A DNA stretch of 64,000 nucleotides, taken from NCBI RefSeq assembly GCF_036588685.1, contig NC_086386.1, positions 77,996,001-78,060,000 of the forward strand, written 5' to 3'. Positions 33,492 to 46,764 of this stretch are shown in pieces. The notes under the pieces are model-generated. The model was not told the DNA's origin. It made no database searches and worked only from the letters and a program-made list of their open reading frames with translations. Source of the DNA: Mytilus trossulus (taxonomy: Eukaryota). Position numbers and translations under genes: made by a program. The stretch's first letter is position 1, and each line of letters begins with the position of its first letter.

Positions 33492-35513
33492 ATGGCAACG
33501 GCTGCAACAGGTGAACAAGAATTTGACATTTTCACTTGTCCTATATGTTTAGAGAAACTTAAATCTCCTAAAAGTTTACCGTGTTCTCACAGCTTTTGTG
33601 AAGTATGTATCGGTGAGTTTATTTTATCGACAGAACGTCGGACGGGACATAAACTTTCGAGTTACCCATGCCCCGTTTGTAGAGCAGATGTTACGTCCAC
33701 CAATCAAGAAGACGAAACATCACAGTGGGCATCGACTCTCCCGCAAAATTTATCATTTCCATCACAAATGGACCAATCAGAATCTAAGAAACAAGAGTGT
33801 CATCTATGCAAAACAGAAAATAATCAAAACGTAGCAGCACACTGGTGTCGGGATTGCAGTGATGCCTTTTGTGATGACTGCTTACGAATTCACAACCGTA
33901 TGAAATTTTCTGCAGATCACAAGATTGTGAAAATCGAAGAAATTAGTCAGTGTGCCAGCGTAGGCGAGTCTGATTTTAGTTTGATATCCGATTCATGTCC
34001 GATTCACAAATCTAAAATTTTGGAAGCGTTCTGTTTCGACCACCAGACACTGTGCTGCGTGCTCTGTCTAACATTGCAACATAGGAAATGTGAGAAGGTT
34101 CATGCAATTGATGAAATTCAAAATCTTGACAAAGATATTATATTATCTCAACTGAAATCAGAACTAATCGAAATGAAAAATAAAGTCAATGAATTCAAAA
34201 CAACAAGAGGTATTCACAAGAAAAAACTCGACGTTGTTTTCACCGAAATGGAATTGAACGCAAGAAAAAATATTGATTGTTTGAAAAAGAAGCTAAACAG
34301 TCTCCTGGCTGTGTTTGTAAAAGAACTGAACTTAAAACGCGAAGAGCAGAGAGTTTCTTCTGAAGAAAAGATGGATGCATTTGATAAACTTTTAAGTTAT
34401 ATTGAACAGTTACAAAACGCGTCAAAAACTGTCGAAGATCATTGCAATTTGAATCAAACATTTATTTTCTTCGAACGATCCAAAACTGATATCAAAGCTG
34501 TAGTAAAGGAATCAAGGGATGTAATAAATACAGAGTCAATTGATAATGCTGCATTTACTTTTTGCAAAATACTGGAACAAGCATCAAATGTTTCTTCTCT
34601 CGGCATAATAAAGTTTTCAAGATCTATCTCGATTGAAAGGAATACATTTGATAGACAGTTATACCCTTCTAAAAGTATTTTACTAGTTAAGAGTATGCCT
34701 CCACTTTGCTATGACAACATTTCGCTTAAACGGACTAAGTCGTTTAGTTTAAAAGCGTTTGCCATTTATGGGTGTGTTTTTGCTTCGGATACCATTGTTG
34801 TTTTGGGTGGAAGGGAGGCCTGTATGGGAGTGCAAAAAGGAAAAGTTAAGGTTCTCGACATAACAAACGGATCTATCACATCTGAATACAGTATTGAAGA
34901 AACAGTTAAAAGACTTTCGTACGATATTGAAAGTAAATCACTTTTTATTTCATGCTATGATTCTAAACTTCTCAGTGTGAAGTTTGCCAAAGACTTAAAC
35001 TCACCAGTAAATATTAAAACAATGGCACAAAATGTTGGTGCTACATGTGTTTTTGAAAAGAATCTGTACGTCGTCGCTGATAATGCCTTGCAAAAAGTAG
35101 GCATCGAAAAGGCAAAGGAAGAAGCCATTTTAAAAACATGTTTTAAAACTAATACCGACTGTAAATCTCTTAACGGACTGGACATCGACTGCAAGAACAA
35201 ACGTGTGCTATACACATCTTCAGCTTATGAGGTGGTATGTGCATCATTAGAGGGGGAGCAAATCTTTTCGTATAAAGAAAAAGATATGAAAATTTATTGC
35301 GTAGCTGTCTTTTCAAACGGAGAAATATTAATAGGTGATAAGAGTGGATCGGTTCACGTTTTATCAAAAGACGGTAAACAAAAAAGAACAGTTGTCAATA
35401 AATGCCATAAAGTAGTACCCATTTGTGATATCTGTTTAGACAAATCGAACACGCGTTCGATTATTTGTGGACCTGATTTCATAGAAATATATGATATCTT
35501 TTCTTTTAAATAA
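33492..35513 (+). CDS. TRIM-family E3 ubiquitin ligase (RING - B-box1 - B-box2 - coiled coil - NHL/beta-propeller-like), intronless CDS, 673 aa
   Basis: First ATG at 33492. C3HC4 RING CPIC...CSHSFCEVC...CPVC; B-box1 CHLC...WCRDC...FCDDC..H..H; B-box2 CPIH...FCFDH...CCVLC...H; heptad-rich middle; beta-rich C-terminus. Confidence 0.92.
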   Translation: MATAATGEQEFDIFTCPICLEKLKSPKSLPCSHSFCEVCIGEFILSTERRTGHKLSSYPCPVCRADVTSTNQEDETSQWASTLPQNLSFPSQMDQSESKKQECHLCKTENNQNVAAHWCRDCSDAFCDDCLRIHNRMKFSADHKIVKIEEISQCASVGESDFSLISDSCPIHKSKILEAFCFDHQTLCCVLCLTLQHRKCEKVHAIDEIQNLDKDIILSQLKSELIEMKNKVNEFKTTRGIHKKKLDVVFTEMELNARKNIDCLKKKLNSLLAVFVKELNLKREEQRVSSEEKMDAFDKLLSYIEQLQNASKTVEDHCNLNQTFIFFERSKTDIKAVVKESRDVINTESIDNAAFTFCKILEQASNVSSLGIIKFSRSISIERNTFDRQLYPSKSILLVKSMPPLCYDNISLKRTKSFSLKAFAIYGCVFASDTIVVLGGREACMGVQKGKVKVLDITNGSITSEYSIEETVKRLSYDIESKSLFISCYDSKLLSVKFAKDLNSPVNIKTMAQNVGATCVFEKNLYVVADNALQKVGIEKAKEEAILKTCFKTNTDCKSLNGLDIDCKNKRVLYTSSAYEVVCASLEGEQIFSYKEKDMKIYCVAVFSNGEILIGDKSGSVHVLSKDGKQKRTVVNKCHKVVPICDICLDKSNTRSIICGPDFIEIYDIFSFK

Positions 35514-35807
35514 AAGATAAAACATTTGTAGATTTCATTATAATTATGATGATAAAAGTAAATCATTTTACTTTAATAACTACAAATTGATATACATATA
35601 TATATATATATATAAACGTTAAAACAATATAAAAAAATCATTATATTTTTTTTTAAATAAACAATACAAATTCACTGTTTACGAAAAAATAAAATAGATA
35701 TAGTTAATATTAGACAAAAATGATATATTACATTTCATTATGGAAAAGGAAATCTTACTATTAAAGGGTTGGTTATGAAACTTTATCTTCGCTGCATATT
35801 ACAAATC

Positions 35808-35868
35808 ATAAAATTGAGAATGGAAATGAGGAATGTGTCAGAGACAACAACCCGACCAAAGAGTAGAC
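35808..35868 (+). repeat. 5' part of a dispersed repeat split by the LINE; continues at 41528-41880
   Basis: ...acaacaacccgaccaaagagtagac | caacagccgaaggcc... reads as one continuous element when the LINE is removed (family recognised from memory). Confidence 0.55.
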
Positions 35869-38685
35869 TATACAATACTATACAATACAATACAATACAA
35901 TACAATACAATACAAATAGTTTATTTACGTCTCACCATTATAATCCACGAATACATACAAAAATATAAAATATTAATGCCATTCTAAAATTAGTTATGAG
36001 AGACAGGATTAAAATATATATATTAAAAAATTATTAAAAATAAATATCACTGTACACCTAGACGTCTTCTATCTTAAATAAATTTGCAGATTTTGGCACT
36101 ATAAATAATAATACTATCACAGTTACTGGCTAGAACAATAGACAATTTATTCAGGTTGGAAAAATTAAATAGTTTGAGTGTTCTGACAAAATATTTTAAA
36201 AAGTTCATTTCGCAGATGATCCTTCAACGGATACTCTAACAAGACACGTTCCTCAGTTTCAACAATGTTTTTACAAGTTTCGCAAGTCCGTTGTTGCACG
36301 GGTAGCCTCTCACATCGTCCAGTCTCTAGGCGGATCGGTGCAACACCACATCGAAACTGCGCGTATACTCTTCTAGGCGATGGAACTATAACTTTGTGCA
36401 TGTATTCCTCTGTGTGTAATGACGTTTTAAAAGTTCTATATTTCCTCAACTTATTTCCACCGTTACCATTCCTTTGAGATACAGTTTTATTGAGTTAGTT
36501 GGACCATTCATCGTACAATTGAGATAAAAGTCTGTCATACAGTACATTCTCAACCAAGGCTTAATCCACATTTTTGGTGTTATACAGGATCATCATGTCT
36601 GCTGATAAAAATTGTTGACGTATTCTATAGTTCCAGTTTTTACATTTACGTCCGTTCAAGCTACAAACTTCTGACCACTCAAAAATTTTGTAGTTAAATC
36701 TATTACGGTCCATTTTTTTTCGCCTACACCACTGGTTACTGACACTGTTCCATTGTTTTATAATAGCTGACCAGTATCCATCCCGAGTCACCTATTATCG
36801 CCGTATGCTCCATAGCTGATAGTGCTCCAAACTGTTGAATCGTATAGTTTAGAAAATGTTCGAAACGGAAAACCTCCAAACTATTTATGTTTCGAAATTA
36901 AAAGTCATAAAGCTCTGTTTGCGGCAGCTGCAACATGTTAAGCCATGATCTGGTAGTCCAAATGTTCTGTTAATACGAGTCCAAGATATGTATACTTATC
37001 GACTGTTTTAAAAGTTATATTTCTACATTTAAAAGTTGCTGCAGATCTTGGTAAAGAATTCGGAGACATTTGGCTTGTTTCCATTCACTGTCATATTATT
37101 GTTGACCTACCATATATCATTGAATCAAATAACGTTTGCAGTTCGTTTTCAGCATTGGCAAATAACACTAGGTCGTCAGCATATAATAACATCGAAACTT
37201 TTTCACCTCCAATATCAACTCCTAAATTATGTTAAGATGTTAATTAAATGTGTCGCAAGGTCATTAATGTAAAAATTGAAGAGTTAATGGCGATCATAAA
37301 CAGCCCTGGTTAGGCCGCAACTCACATTAAACCAGTCTGTTTTGCAACCATTTATCCTCACACAGCATTCCACACTTTTATACAAGGACTGAATAGCGCT
37401 ATATATATTCCCTTGAATACAAATACTAAGTTTCCGAAATAAAATGGTACGATCAATACAATCATATGCTTTGTGGAAGTCTATATATGCAACAAATGTT
37501 GATAATCGATTACACTTTCTTGTTTCTATAATTGATGTGAGCGAGGTAACATGATCAATAGTGCTCCGTCCTTTCCGGAAACCGTTCTGAACATAACATA
37601 AAATGTTATTCTCGGATTCCAATGCATTCAGTCTATTATTTAACACATGAAAATAAAGCTTATAACATACAAGAACCAACGTAATCCCTCTTTAATTCAT
37701 CGGATCCCGCGCATTTCCTGTAGACGATTTTGGAATAGGGTGTATAATTCCTTTAGCCCAAATCTCTGAAATTATTCCCGTGAAAAACATTTGTTAAAAA
37801 GTTTATGCAAGAACAGTATCACGCTGACATTTTTAAAAAGATCAGCTGGTATTTCATCCACATCGACTGCTTTGTTTATTTTCAAGCTACGGACTGCTCG
37901 CTGCACTTCATCGATACTTATTTCATCATTTAGTTCATGTAATCCTCTACATTCGATATCAGGCTCATGAATACGTTGCGAGTCTATTAATGTTTCCGGT
38001 GCATTACTGTCATCGTTTGCATTTGATAAACCATAAAACGCATTTTTCCATTCTGATAGAACACTGTCTTTATCATTCGTGATTTCTCCATTCTGTAATT
38101 GTACTTCCATTGGGATAAGTTTACGTCGTTCTTGTCCAACGCCGATTCGTTCAATTTCTTTCCAGATTTCGCGTTGCTTACCACCTTCAAGTTCATCAAT
38201 TCTCAATACTTTATTTCTCTTACGTTGTGCTTCACTGTCAAAATTTTTCCTTTTCAAAATGAACACTTTTCTAAACTCGCGTTTTCTCGACGTAATCTTA
38301 CATTTAATTATGTCTTTTTCCGCTTCACAGACTTTGTTCCAAAGCACAGTAAGTTGATCGGACCTCCAAGGTTTCTTTGTGCGCCTCTTTTTACTACTTA
38401 GTCCATCATATAGTTTAACAGTTTTGTAGTCTAGGCAATCGTTCATTTCGTTTTTTAGTATATCTACAAAATTTCCATACAATTTATTGATGCTTCTGAT
38501 TCACCGTGTTCATATACAACTGTAGAATTAAATCTTCAATATCTCGTAACCGATTATCCAAAAAAGAGCTTAGGATGTTAGAAAAATCGAACTTTTTCAC
38601 TTCTGTTTCTTTACTTTTGTTTTCATCATGAGACTTTGTCAATTTGTCAAACACATATTCTCCGCTAGAAGAGAATGGTCGGGAT

Positions 38686-39044
38686 TTGTCTATCCCAAAT
38701 TCATGTATTTGGTTTTCATGTTATATTTGTTATTCTCGTGGTGTTTTGTCTGATGCTTGGTCCGTTTCTGTGGGTGTTACGTTTCGCTGTTATGTCGTTG
38801 TTCTCCTCTTATATTTAATGCGTTTCCCTCGGTTTTAGTTTGTTACCCCGATTTTGTTTTTTTTTGTCCATGGATTTATGAGTTTTGAACAGCGGTACCA
38901 AGTCAGGAATATGACAGTTGTTATCCATTCGTTTGATGTATTTGGACTTTTGATTTTGCCTTTTGATTTTGGATTTTCCTTTTTGAATTTTCCTCGGAGT
39001 TCGGTATTTTTGTGTTTTTACTGTATACTACTGTTGCCTTTATT
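38686..39044 (+). mobile_element. Penelope-like element terminal fragment inserted in the LINE (with a further nested piece ~38895-39022)
   Basis: Reverse complement of 40105-40330 and of 54326-54555. Confidence 0.75.
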
Positions 39045-40104
39045 TGAAACACATTGGTCAACTGAGTCAAACAAATTGTAGTTTTGCATTAGCTCAGACA
39101 TCGTAGAAACCTCAAAATCGGAAAATCGACATACATTTTCATATGGCACAATACAATAGTCTACAACGGACGAACCGCGAGTCGACACATCTGTATAATT
39201 ATTACGTTTGGTATTTCTTCCGTTTAAGATACAACAGTTGCAATTTATGAAGAAATCATATAAATTTCTCTGTATGCATTTGAAACGTAATCAATGACGT
39301 CACGCTCTATAATATCATCAACCCAAGGAATAAATAAAGTCTTTCATATCATCACATCTGCTGTTCAGGTCTCCGCACATAAATAACAAACCCGTTTTTC
39401 CATATGTATGAATCTGACTAATTCTTGGGCGTCAACATTACGGGTAGAACCTACAGGTGGTTAATAGCAAACACAGGCATTAAACTGAAATTTTCCATCT
39501 TTGTCGGTTATATTTATCCACATCACACCTTCGACTGATCTATCAAGAATGCATATATCATAAAAGGAGAGAAGATCATTCTTCACTAAAAAGCCTACGC
39601 CTCCTGAGCCATTTAATGCACGCTTATGTATTTCAGTCCTATTGTGACCAAACCATGTAGGTTAATAGTTTTGTCTCCTTTAAGATGGGTTTCTGCAATT
39701 TCAATCTAATCAAAACCTTATCTTTGCACGTAAGTGGCACGTATTAAATGTATATCTGGGTTATTGTCTACGTTGTTTAGACTCTGACGTTCCACAATCC
39801 ACATCGCCACTAATATTTTCCATTTCGGTTATAGCCTCTGTGTTGATAGTTCCCGCGTGGACGGCGTTGAAAATATTCATCTGAATCTCTATTATAATTA
39901 TCTTGTTCTGATCGGTTTTCATATTGTCGTTCGTGGTGCCGCTGGCTTCCATCACTGTAGTCATTCTGTTTCCGTATATTTTCTGCTGTTTTAACTTGTA
40001 CGCTAGAGCCCCTCAGTTCAAGTTGGTGTTTCCCAATTGTTCGAACAATGATCCTCAAATTTGAATTCATCATTCGCTGAGACTTCAGTAGATCATGTTC
40101 CATG

Positions 40105-40460
40105 AATAAAGGCAACAGTATTATACCGCTGTTCAAAACTCGTAAATCTATGGACAAAAAACAAAATTGGGGTAACAAACTAAAACTGAGGGAAACGCAT
40201 TAAATATAAGAGGAGAACAACGACACAACATTAAAATGTAACGCACACAGAAACGGACTAAGCATTAGACAAAATTCGATTAGAATAACAAATATAACAT
40301 CAAAACCAAATACATGAATTTTGGATAGAAAAGTACCGTGACACGTCTTATAGTAATGTGAACTAACACTCAAATTTAAGAGAAAACAAACGACATAACG
40401 GAAATACAACGTTAAAATGTTACACACACAGAAACGAACTATGATGTAACAATGACCATT
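40105..40460 (-). mobile_element. Penelope-like element terminal fragment interrupting LINE ORF1
   Basis: Nearly identical to 54326-54685. LINE ORF1 resumes on the other side (IFIE|HDLLKSQR). Confidence 0.8.
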
Positions 40461-42294
40461 TTCGATAAAAATGTTTTTGAAGTTTCTGCTATCCTTAAGT
40501 TTTCGTTTTTCTTCCATTGCTTTTCTTTTATCATCACTCGAATGGAATGCGATCAACACGATGCCCGTAACATTGCCCTGTCTGCTTATTTTGCGTTCTG
40601 CTGATTTTATTTTTACGTCTTTGAGTATAAGGCCATCATTTATTAAGCCGGTGACTTTACTTATTATATTTTCACCCCTTGTTTCCGGTAAATTTCGAAT
40701 AATAACATTTAAACGCGTATCTGTTCTTTTTTGCATTTCAGCGGTTGTCTTTGGCAATTGTGTTAAAGAGTTTGTAGCATTCGTCACTTCTTTGCGCAAA
40801 ATCTCTATTTCCCCTTAAGGTTGTCCTTTAAAGTTATGATGTTATCGTCTGTTTTTTTTCCACTTATTTTGTAAACGTTTTTCAGCTTTCGATAGCGGTA
40901 TCGACTTTCTTGTTAATCATGTCACTGATTTTCTTTGTTATACTTGTTTCAATTTTATAGATCCGTGTCGTCATTTTATCACAGAACGAGTTCATACTGA
41001 CCGTTAGATCAAACACCATGGCCTTAAGATCTTTATCCTCGGGACTTTTACTTGAAATGAGTTCACTTGTCACTGACTTTGTGTTATCGCCTTCTATTAT
41101 ATACACTTTATCATTCATTGTATTACTACGCAGCTTTTTCACGTCTCGGCTATTGTTTTCATTTGAGAGTCGCCGTTTTCCTACTTTTTTCTTGTATTTG
41201 AAATCTGATGTACTTCCAATAATAGAGTTATCAAAATTACTCACGGGTCTTTCTTCGTGAATATCGGCTTAAACGGATTGAAGTCATTGCCTCTTCGACG
41301 TACTGCTCCGCCAATTCTTTACTCATAGGATCCATTCTTATATATATACAAAACTGTCCACTGATATATCGTTTTGGCTTTAACTTACATATAATGAATA
41401 TAGTTTATACTATTTAAGTACTCCAACTCACAATAGACTATAGGAATAGGTATGAATCCACAACAATCACTATAATTTCATCAGAACAGAAAAAAACCAA
41501 CATCTACATTCATGCACATGCGCATACCAACAGCCGAAGGCCATCAATTGGCTTTCAATGCAGCAAGAAAATACACACCCTTATGCATGCATCAGCTAGC
41601 CTCTAAACAAAAATATATACTAGTTTAGTGACAATGGACGTCATACTTAACTTCGAAATATATAAAAGAAACAAAAATAAAAAATCATTCAAGACTAACA
41701 AAGGTCAGAGGCTAATGAATTTGGACAGGCGCGAAAATGCGCCGGGGTTAAACATGTTTTTAGATCTCACCCCTTAAATACCTCTGCCCAATGAAAAAAA
41801 CAAACACGCAACAATACGCACAGAAAAATTTAGGTTAAAAGAAGTCCGAGTCCGGTGTCAGAACATTTTTAATGCCAACGAATTTACAAATTGATAAGGT
41901 TGGTGCTATACTGGGCAGCGAGCATCAGTCCAACTTCTCCTTCATACTTGATTTCATATCTATTGTCATTTTCTAAAGGTTGGAAAATTCTTATTGAAAC
42001 TAATCATATCAGGCATTTTTTCCCGATTTTAACAACATTTTTTGTGTATTTCAATCCGATAAAACATGTGAACAAACTACAAAATTAATGCTCAAATGTC
42101 AGTGTTATAATTTGATAGACACATACTTCGTTTATTATTTAACTAATATAGATAGTCAACCATAACTGAAAGTTTCAACTGATTTTTATATCAGAGTTAT
42201 TATCATTGAAAGTTGATGCTACATTTTTTAGCATAAAACAAAAAAATGTTCAGCATAATAAGAAGGACACTTAAATGAGCGGAAACGGATAACA

Positions 42295-42590
42295 GAAATA
42301 CGAAATACGAAATACGTTATATTTTATTAAAGAAAGCTCAATTATGAACATAATCATTAATAGCATAGATACAACAAAGAATAACATTTAAATAATCTTA
42401 ACTAAAATAAATACTACACAAGTATCAAAGTATATGTGTTCCAAGGGGGAGTAAAAAATATCAGTAATCATTTTACATTATAAGCAGCAAACAAAAATTT
42501 CACACTTATATTCTATGTAAAAAACAAATGTTTATATACTTAGCTATATTTTTGCATTCATCAGTGTCTCCATTACCGATAGAGTGCTTC
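42295..42590 (-). mobile_element. Probable 3' end of a truncated LINE with (TATTTCG)n tail
   Basis: Three gaaatac repeats next to a minus-strand AATAAA. Confidence 0.4.
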
Positions 42591-43453
42591 ACCAAAGTCC
42601 TTCGACAGTAGAGCGATAAACACATTGTTCGTGTATACCAACATAAACCAATCCTACAACTGTCACACGACTGTCGAACGACAATCTCTCGATTGTCGCA
42701 AGGCAGTCCTGATACAGTTGCATGATTGTCTGACACAACTTTAATTGTCTGTCGTACGACATTGGTACGTTCGTCGTGCAACATATTTTCGATTTATTTA
42801 GAAGAAAACAATTCGGTGGGAATGAAAGTTTGGAAAAACATACCATCTGCCATTTAAAGAGGATGGCTATTCAACCTGAACGAAAACGCTTGGCCCTGCT
42901 GGATATGCGCCTTGCCGGCTTCCAACAAGAGCAAACTATATTGATTCGAGCCCATTCGAACAGTATAGGAACCAGCGACATGCTGGTTTAAATTCGCCGA
43001 ACAATTTTAGTATAAAATTATACGAAAAACGTTGTTTACTTGAACCGAACTTATAATGACACTGAAAAATTTTAAAAGCAAATGGCAAATGACACGCAAT
43101 AAATCGTACCTTCTTTTTATACTATTAGTTCGGAGTCAAACATTCGAGTGACCCGCGACTGTTTTGTTTTGTTTTTTTTATTTTTCATTTTGTTATGTAC
43201 TATAAATATGTAGTTTTATGGCAATAAAATTTTGAATTGAATACGAATTGAATATTGAATCTAACCAGGCCACCAGTACCAGATATAGACATACTTTTTT
43301 TCAATTCTTTAGTTTAAACAAAGTTGATACCCATTTCATAATTTTTAAGAAACTTCTTTACACATGTGCATTTTTAAAACTTTCAAAATACCAGTATTTA
43401 CTAACAATTTGTATAATAAGGAATTGTGATTCGATCCAGTCACTATAATGTAA

Positions 43454-43570
43454 GGTTATTACATGATTATAGGGGAATATTGTCCTGATTAGAGTTTTAT
43501 ATTGCACGAAATTGCGAGTGCAATATAGTTTCTACGACGGACAATATTCCCAAATATTAATCCAATAACC
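43454..43570. repeat. Long imperfect palindrome (end of a non-autonomous DNA element)
   Basis: ggttatt..gggaatattgtcc..tatattgcac / gtgcaatata..ggacaatattccc..aataacc. Confidence 0.7.
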
Positions 43571-46247
43571 CTTTTATTGTAAAGCAATATAATATTTTAA
43601 TATCTAAATTGGTGTAAACTAAGATTTTGTTGTTGATGACGTCATGAATTTTTAAGATTTATTACACTAGTGCAATGATATATACTCAAATGCAGTTAAC
43701 TTAAGCGTTTGATAGTTCATTGATAACATTCTGACGTATCACAAACAAACAACTTGTTACGTCTCATTGCATCGGCCGAAAGATTTAAATACATCAACAA
43801 TGTAGTCAGTGTGCACGTGAATTGACACAGGTGACCGACAATGGAATTTACTATGTTACTACGAACGTAAAAACAATGATTTGTATAGTTAACAAACCTT
43901 TGGTCAAAAGAATTAAATAAATGTTTTGTTAACTTCAAATAGTGGGGTCGAAATATTATACTGATAATTTGTTTTAAGTAATAGTTCTTTATGCATGCAG
44001 CAACTCAATTATCTCGAACCCGGCATGATGAGAAATATAAGGATAAAATAAAATACATGTGCCGCTTTTATACGGATGAATATATGAACCACTTTTGATT
44101 TCTTTCATACTGACGATAGGTTATAATCCTAACAATGTCGTTGTCACTAATAATAAGTATCTCATAATACTGATCCATTACAATAATTAATGAGGGGTTG
44201 CACTGACATTCCGCTTTTATTATTTGCATGCTATAAAACATACACACAGTAGCTATAAGCGTACCATAAACGGAGGAAATTGTCCCCCAAAGATAAAAAC
44301 GAAATAACTTTAATTGTATCATTTGTGCACCTGAATGAATTCAGTGAGGGCATGTTGTTGTAATAAATTGAAATGTTACATCGGCGAGGAGTATTTCTTT
44401 TGTATGTGTGGAACTTATTACTAAATTAATACTTGTGAGAAATGTCTTAGTTTATAAGGAACAATTCTCGTTTGAATTGTTTTACATTGTCATTTCGGGG
44501 ACTATGCGGTATGGGCTTTGCTCATTATTGAAAGCCGTATAATCCTATAGTTGTAAATACTAGCATCTGTGTCATTTTGGTCTCTTGTGGAGAGTTGTTT
44601 CTATTTACATAGATATAGGAAGAAGGGGTGTGAGTGCCAATGAGACAACTCTCCATCAAAAAACATTTATAAAAGTAAACCATTTTAGCTCAATGTACGG
44701 CCTTCAACACGAAGCGTTGGCTCACACTGAACAACAAGCTATAAAGGGCCCCAAATTACTATTGTAAAACCATGCAAAATGGAAAACCAACGGTTTAATA
44801 TTTACAATATATAATTTGCGTTCGTTTTTCTACCGAGAATAGCAAAACCTCAAGTATATCGTTGGAGTTTATAAACTACATTTAATCACCCCCTGTGTCA
44901 TGATTGGCCATCTCCGTTTTTTTCATAACAAAGCGTGGTTGGTTACATTATATGAATTCACTTACTATTTCGGGATTTTATTTTCTTCAAGTAAACGGAA
45001 TCAGAAAAAAAAAATCACTTTCCTATGTCGAATAGTTATACCTAAAACTTGTCAAAGAATATGAAAAGTGTTTGATTCATTTTTCAAGTTCAACGTTAAT
45101 TAATCCAGTCAATTGAGTAAAAGAAAAGGCAGGAGCAACAATTTGTGGGAGTCAATGAAAAAATATGTGAATTGATTATTTTTTTTATTGAACTTTTGAT
45201 GTCGTCCCTTGATTTAAAGGAGACATTTAAATTGAATATTTTAACTGTTAAGATTTTAAAGTTTAAACTTTACTACCAATTGCAGAAAATTATAAAACCA
45301 ATGAATTTCACATACACATTTATAAAAGCTAGAATTGATGTATGCGAATACGACGATGGAAGCTTTAAACGACCTTGACCAGCTACGTGAATATAAATCA
45401 GTCCATTCAACGTTATAGTACGTGTGTTCTATTTTCAAAGGTTTGAATTGACCAATGAAAATGATCGTTCCTTAGAGCATTAATCTAATAAAGTTTGTTT
45501 GACTGATTATGTCGCACGACCTTTCGCGAAGCTTAGTCGCAGTTAGGTGTAATTTAATGCACGCTAACCTTTGGTTAATTTCTGTGGGAAATATTATTAT
45601 AATATTGCTATGCAATAATGTAGAATACTACTCTAATTTTTCATCAATACAAAACTGGATTTAGATGTTTTATGTTATTTTGAATTAAAATTAAATATTC
45701 TATTCAAAAGTAGATAACATATTTTTTTATTTGTTTTGAATCGCATTTTCCTGCATAAATGTTATTAAAATAAGCATATGTCTACCACTTTGTTAAACAT
45801 TTCTCCTACAAGTACGTCAGTTTGTTTGAATAGGTATTGATTATTTTAAATACTGTACGTGTTAAATAAACTTTTTTCAACTGCTAATCAATATATGACA
45901 TTTTAATAAAAACAAATAAAATACTCGGTGGAATTCAAGGGTAAACTACACACTAACCTGTTTATTGTATGCTTTGATATACTGTATATAACAGAGATTA
46001 TTTAAAGCTCACCATCGATACTAGTTCTTTGATTCGGACCGGATAAAAAGATTAACTCTTTCTGGTACAATTTGCACAGACTCTGCTTTTAGCTGTAGTT
46101 TCTTTTATTATATTAAAGTACAATCTAAATATATATTTATGCATCTCAAAATGTATTTTGCCTAGCCTAGAAAATGTTATATTGACATTTAAGGTAGATA
46201 AGTTGTTATGTGTGTTGAAGTCTTTTATCTATGCTATCAAATCAATT

Positions 46248-46764
46248 ATGGAAACGGGTATACATTTAACTGATATGTTCACTTGTCCGATATAAATCTC
46301 CTAAATAAATACCTTGTTCACACAGTGTTTGTGAAATATGTATCGGTGAGTTTATTCTATCAACAAAACGTCGAACAGGGCATACACTTTCAAGTGTCCT
46401 GTTAATAAATCAGTTGATATGACAAACAATCCACAAGACTAAACATCGCCGTGGGCATCGACAAAATGTATAATTTTTAGATGAGCTCAGTATAACAGGC
46501 GATAAACATAAATGTGTTTCCAAAGAAACGTTGAAACCTGTCGAAAATTTACTGGGTAGCATTGTGTCATTGATGAACATAACCAAATCTGTACAAGATC
46601 ATGGCTCGTTGAATCAAATGTTTATTCATTTGAACAAATCGAAATCTGAATCAAAGTTTAAAATCGAGGAAACAAACAAAACTTTGGATGCAGAATCAGT
46701 TGAGGAAGCTATATTTGCTCTTAATGAAAGAATACACCAAATAGAAAAAGAAAACAGGTTTTAA
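46248..46764 (+). pseudogene. Decayed paralogue of the TRIM gene (RING remnant joined to coiled-coil remnant)
   Basis: 46278-46460 aligns by eye at nucleotide level with 33530-33736 (e.g. gtatcggtgagtttatt, gtgggcatcgac), with deletions and stops. ORF 46531-46764 (TKSVQDHGSLNQMFIHLNKSK) matches TRIM SKTVEDHCNLNQTFIFFERSK. B-boxes and propeller are absent. Confidence 0.85.

Larger units (their letters stand above)
35869..41527 (-). mobile_element. Near full-length decayed non-LTR retrotransposon (CR1/L2-group LINE): ORF1, APE endonuclease, RT, (ATTGT)n tail
   Basis: ORF1 fragments 41244-40882, 40799-~40455 (RLNVIIRNLPE..., RRM-like) and ~40100-39810. APE motifs at ~39700-39100 (AETHL, GSGGVGFLVK, GDLNSR, GSSVVDYC). 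RT motifs QNGFRKGRST, YIDFHKAYD. C-terminal FRCGVAPIRLETGR..CETC. Poly(A) signal plus 5-bp tail at 35871-35925. Many frameshifts. Confidence 0.9.

Noticed and set aside
42506-42991. Short ORFs in a CpG-richer patch
   Set aside because: No recognisable domain or consistent splice sites; probably a transposon remnant that I cannot classify.
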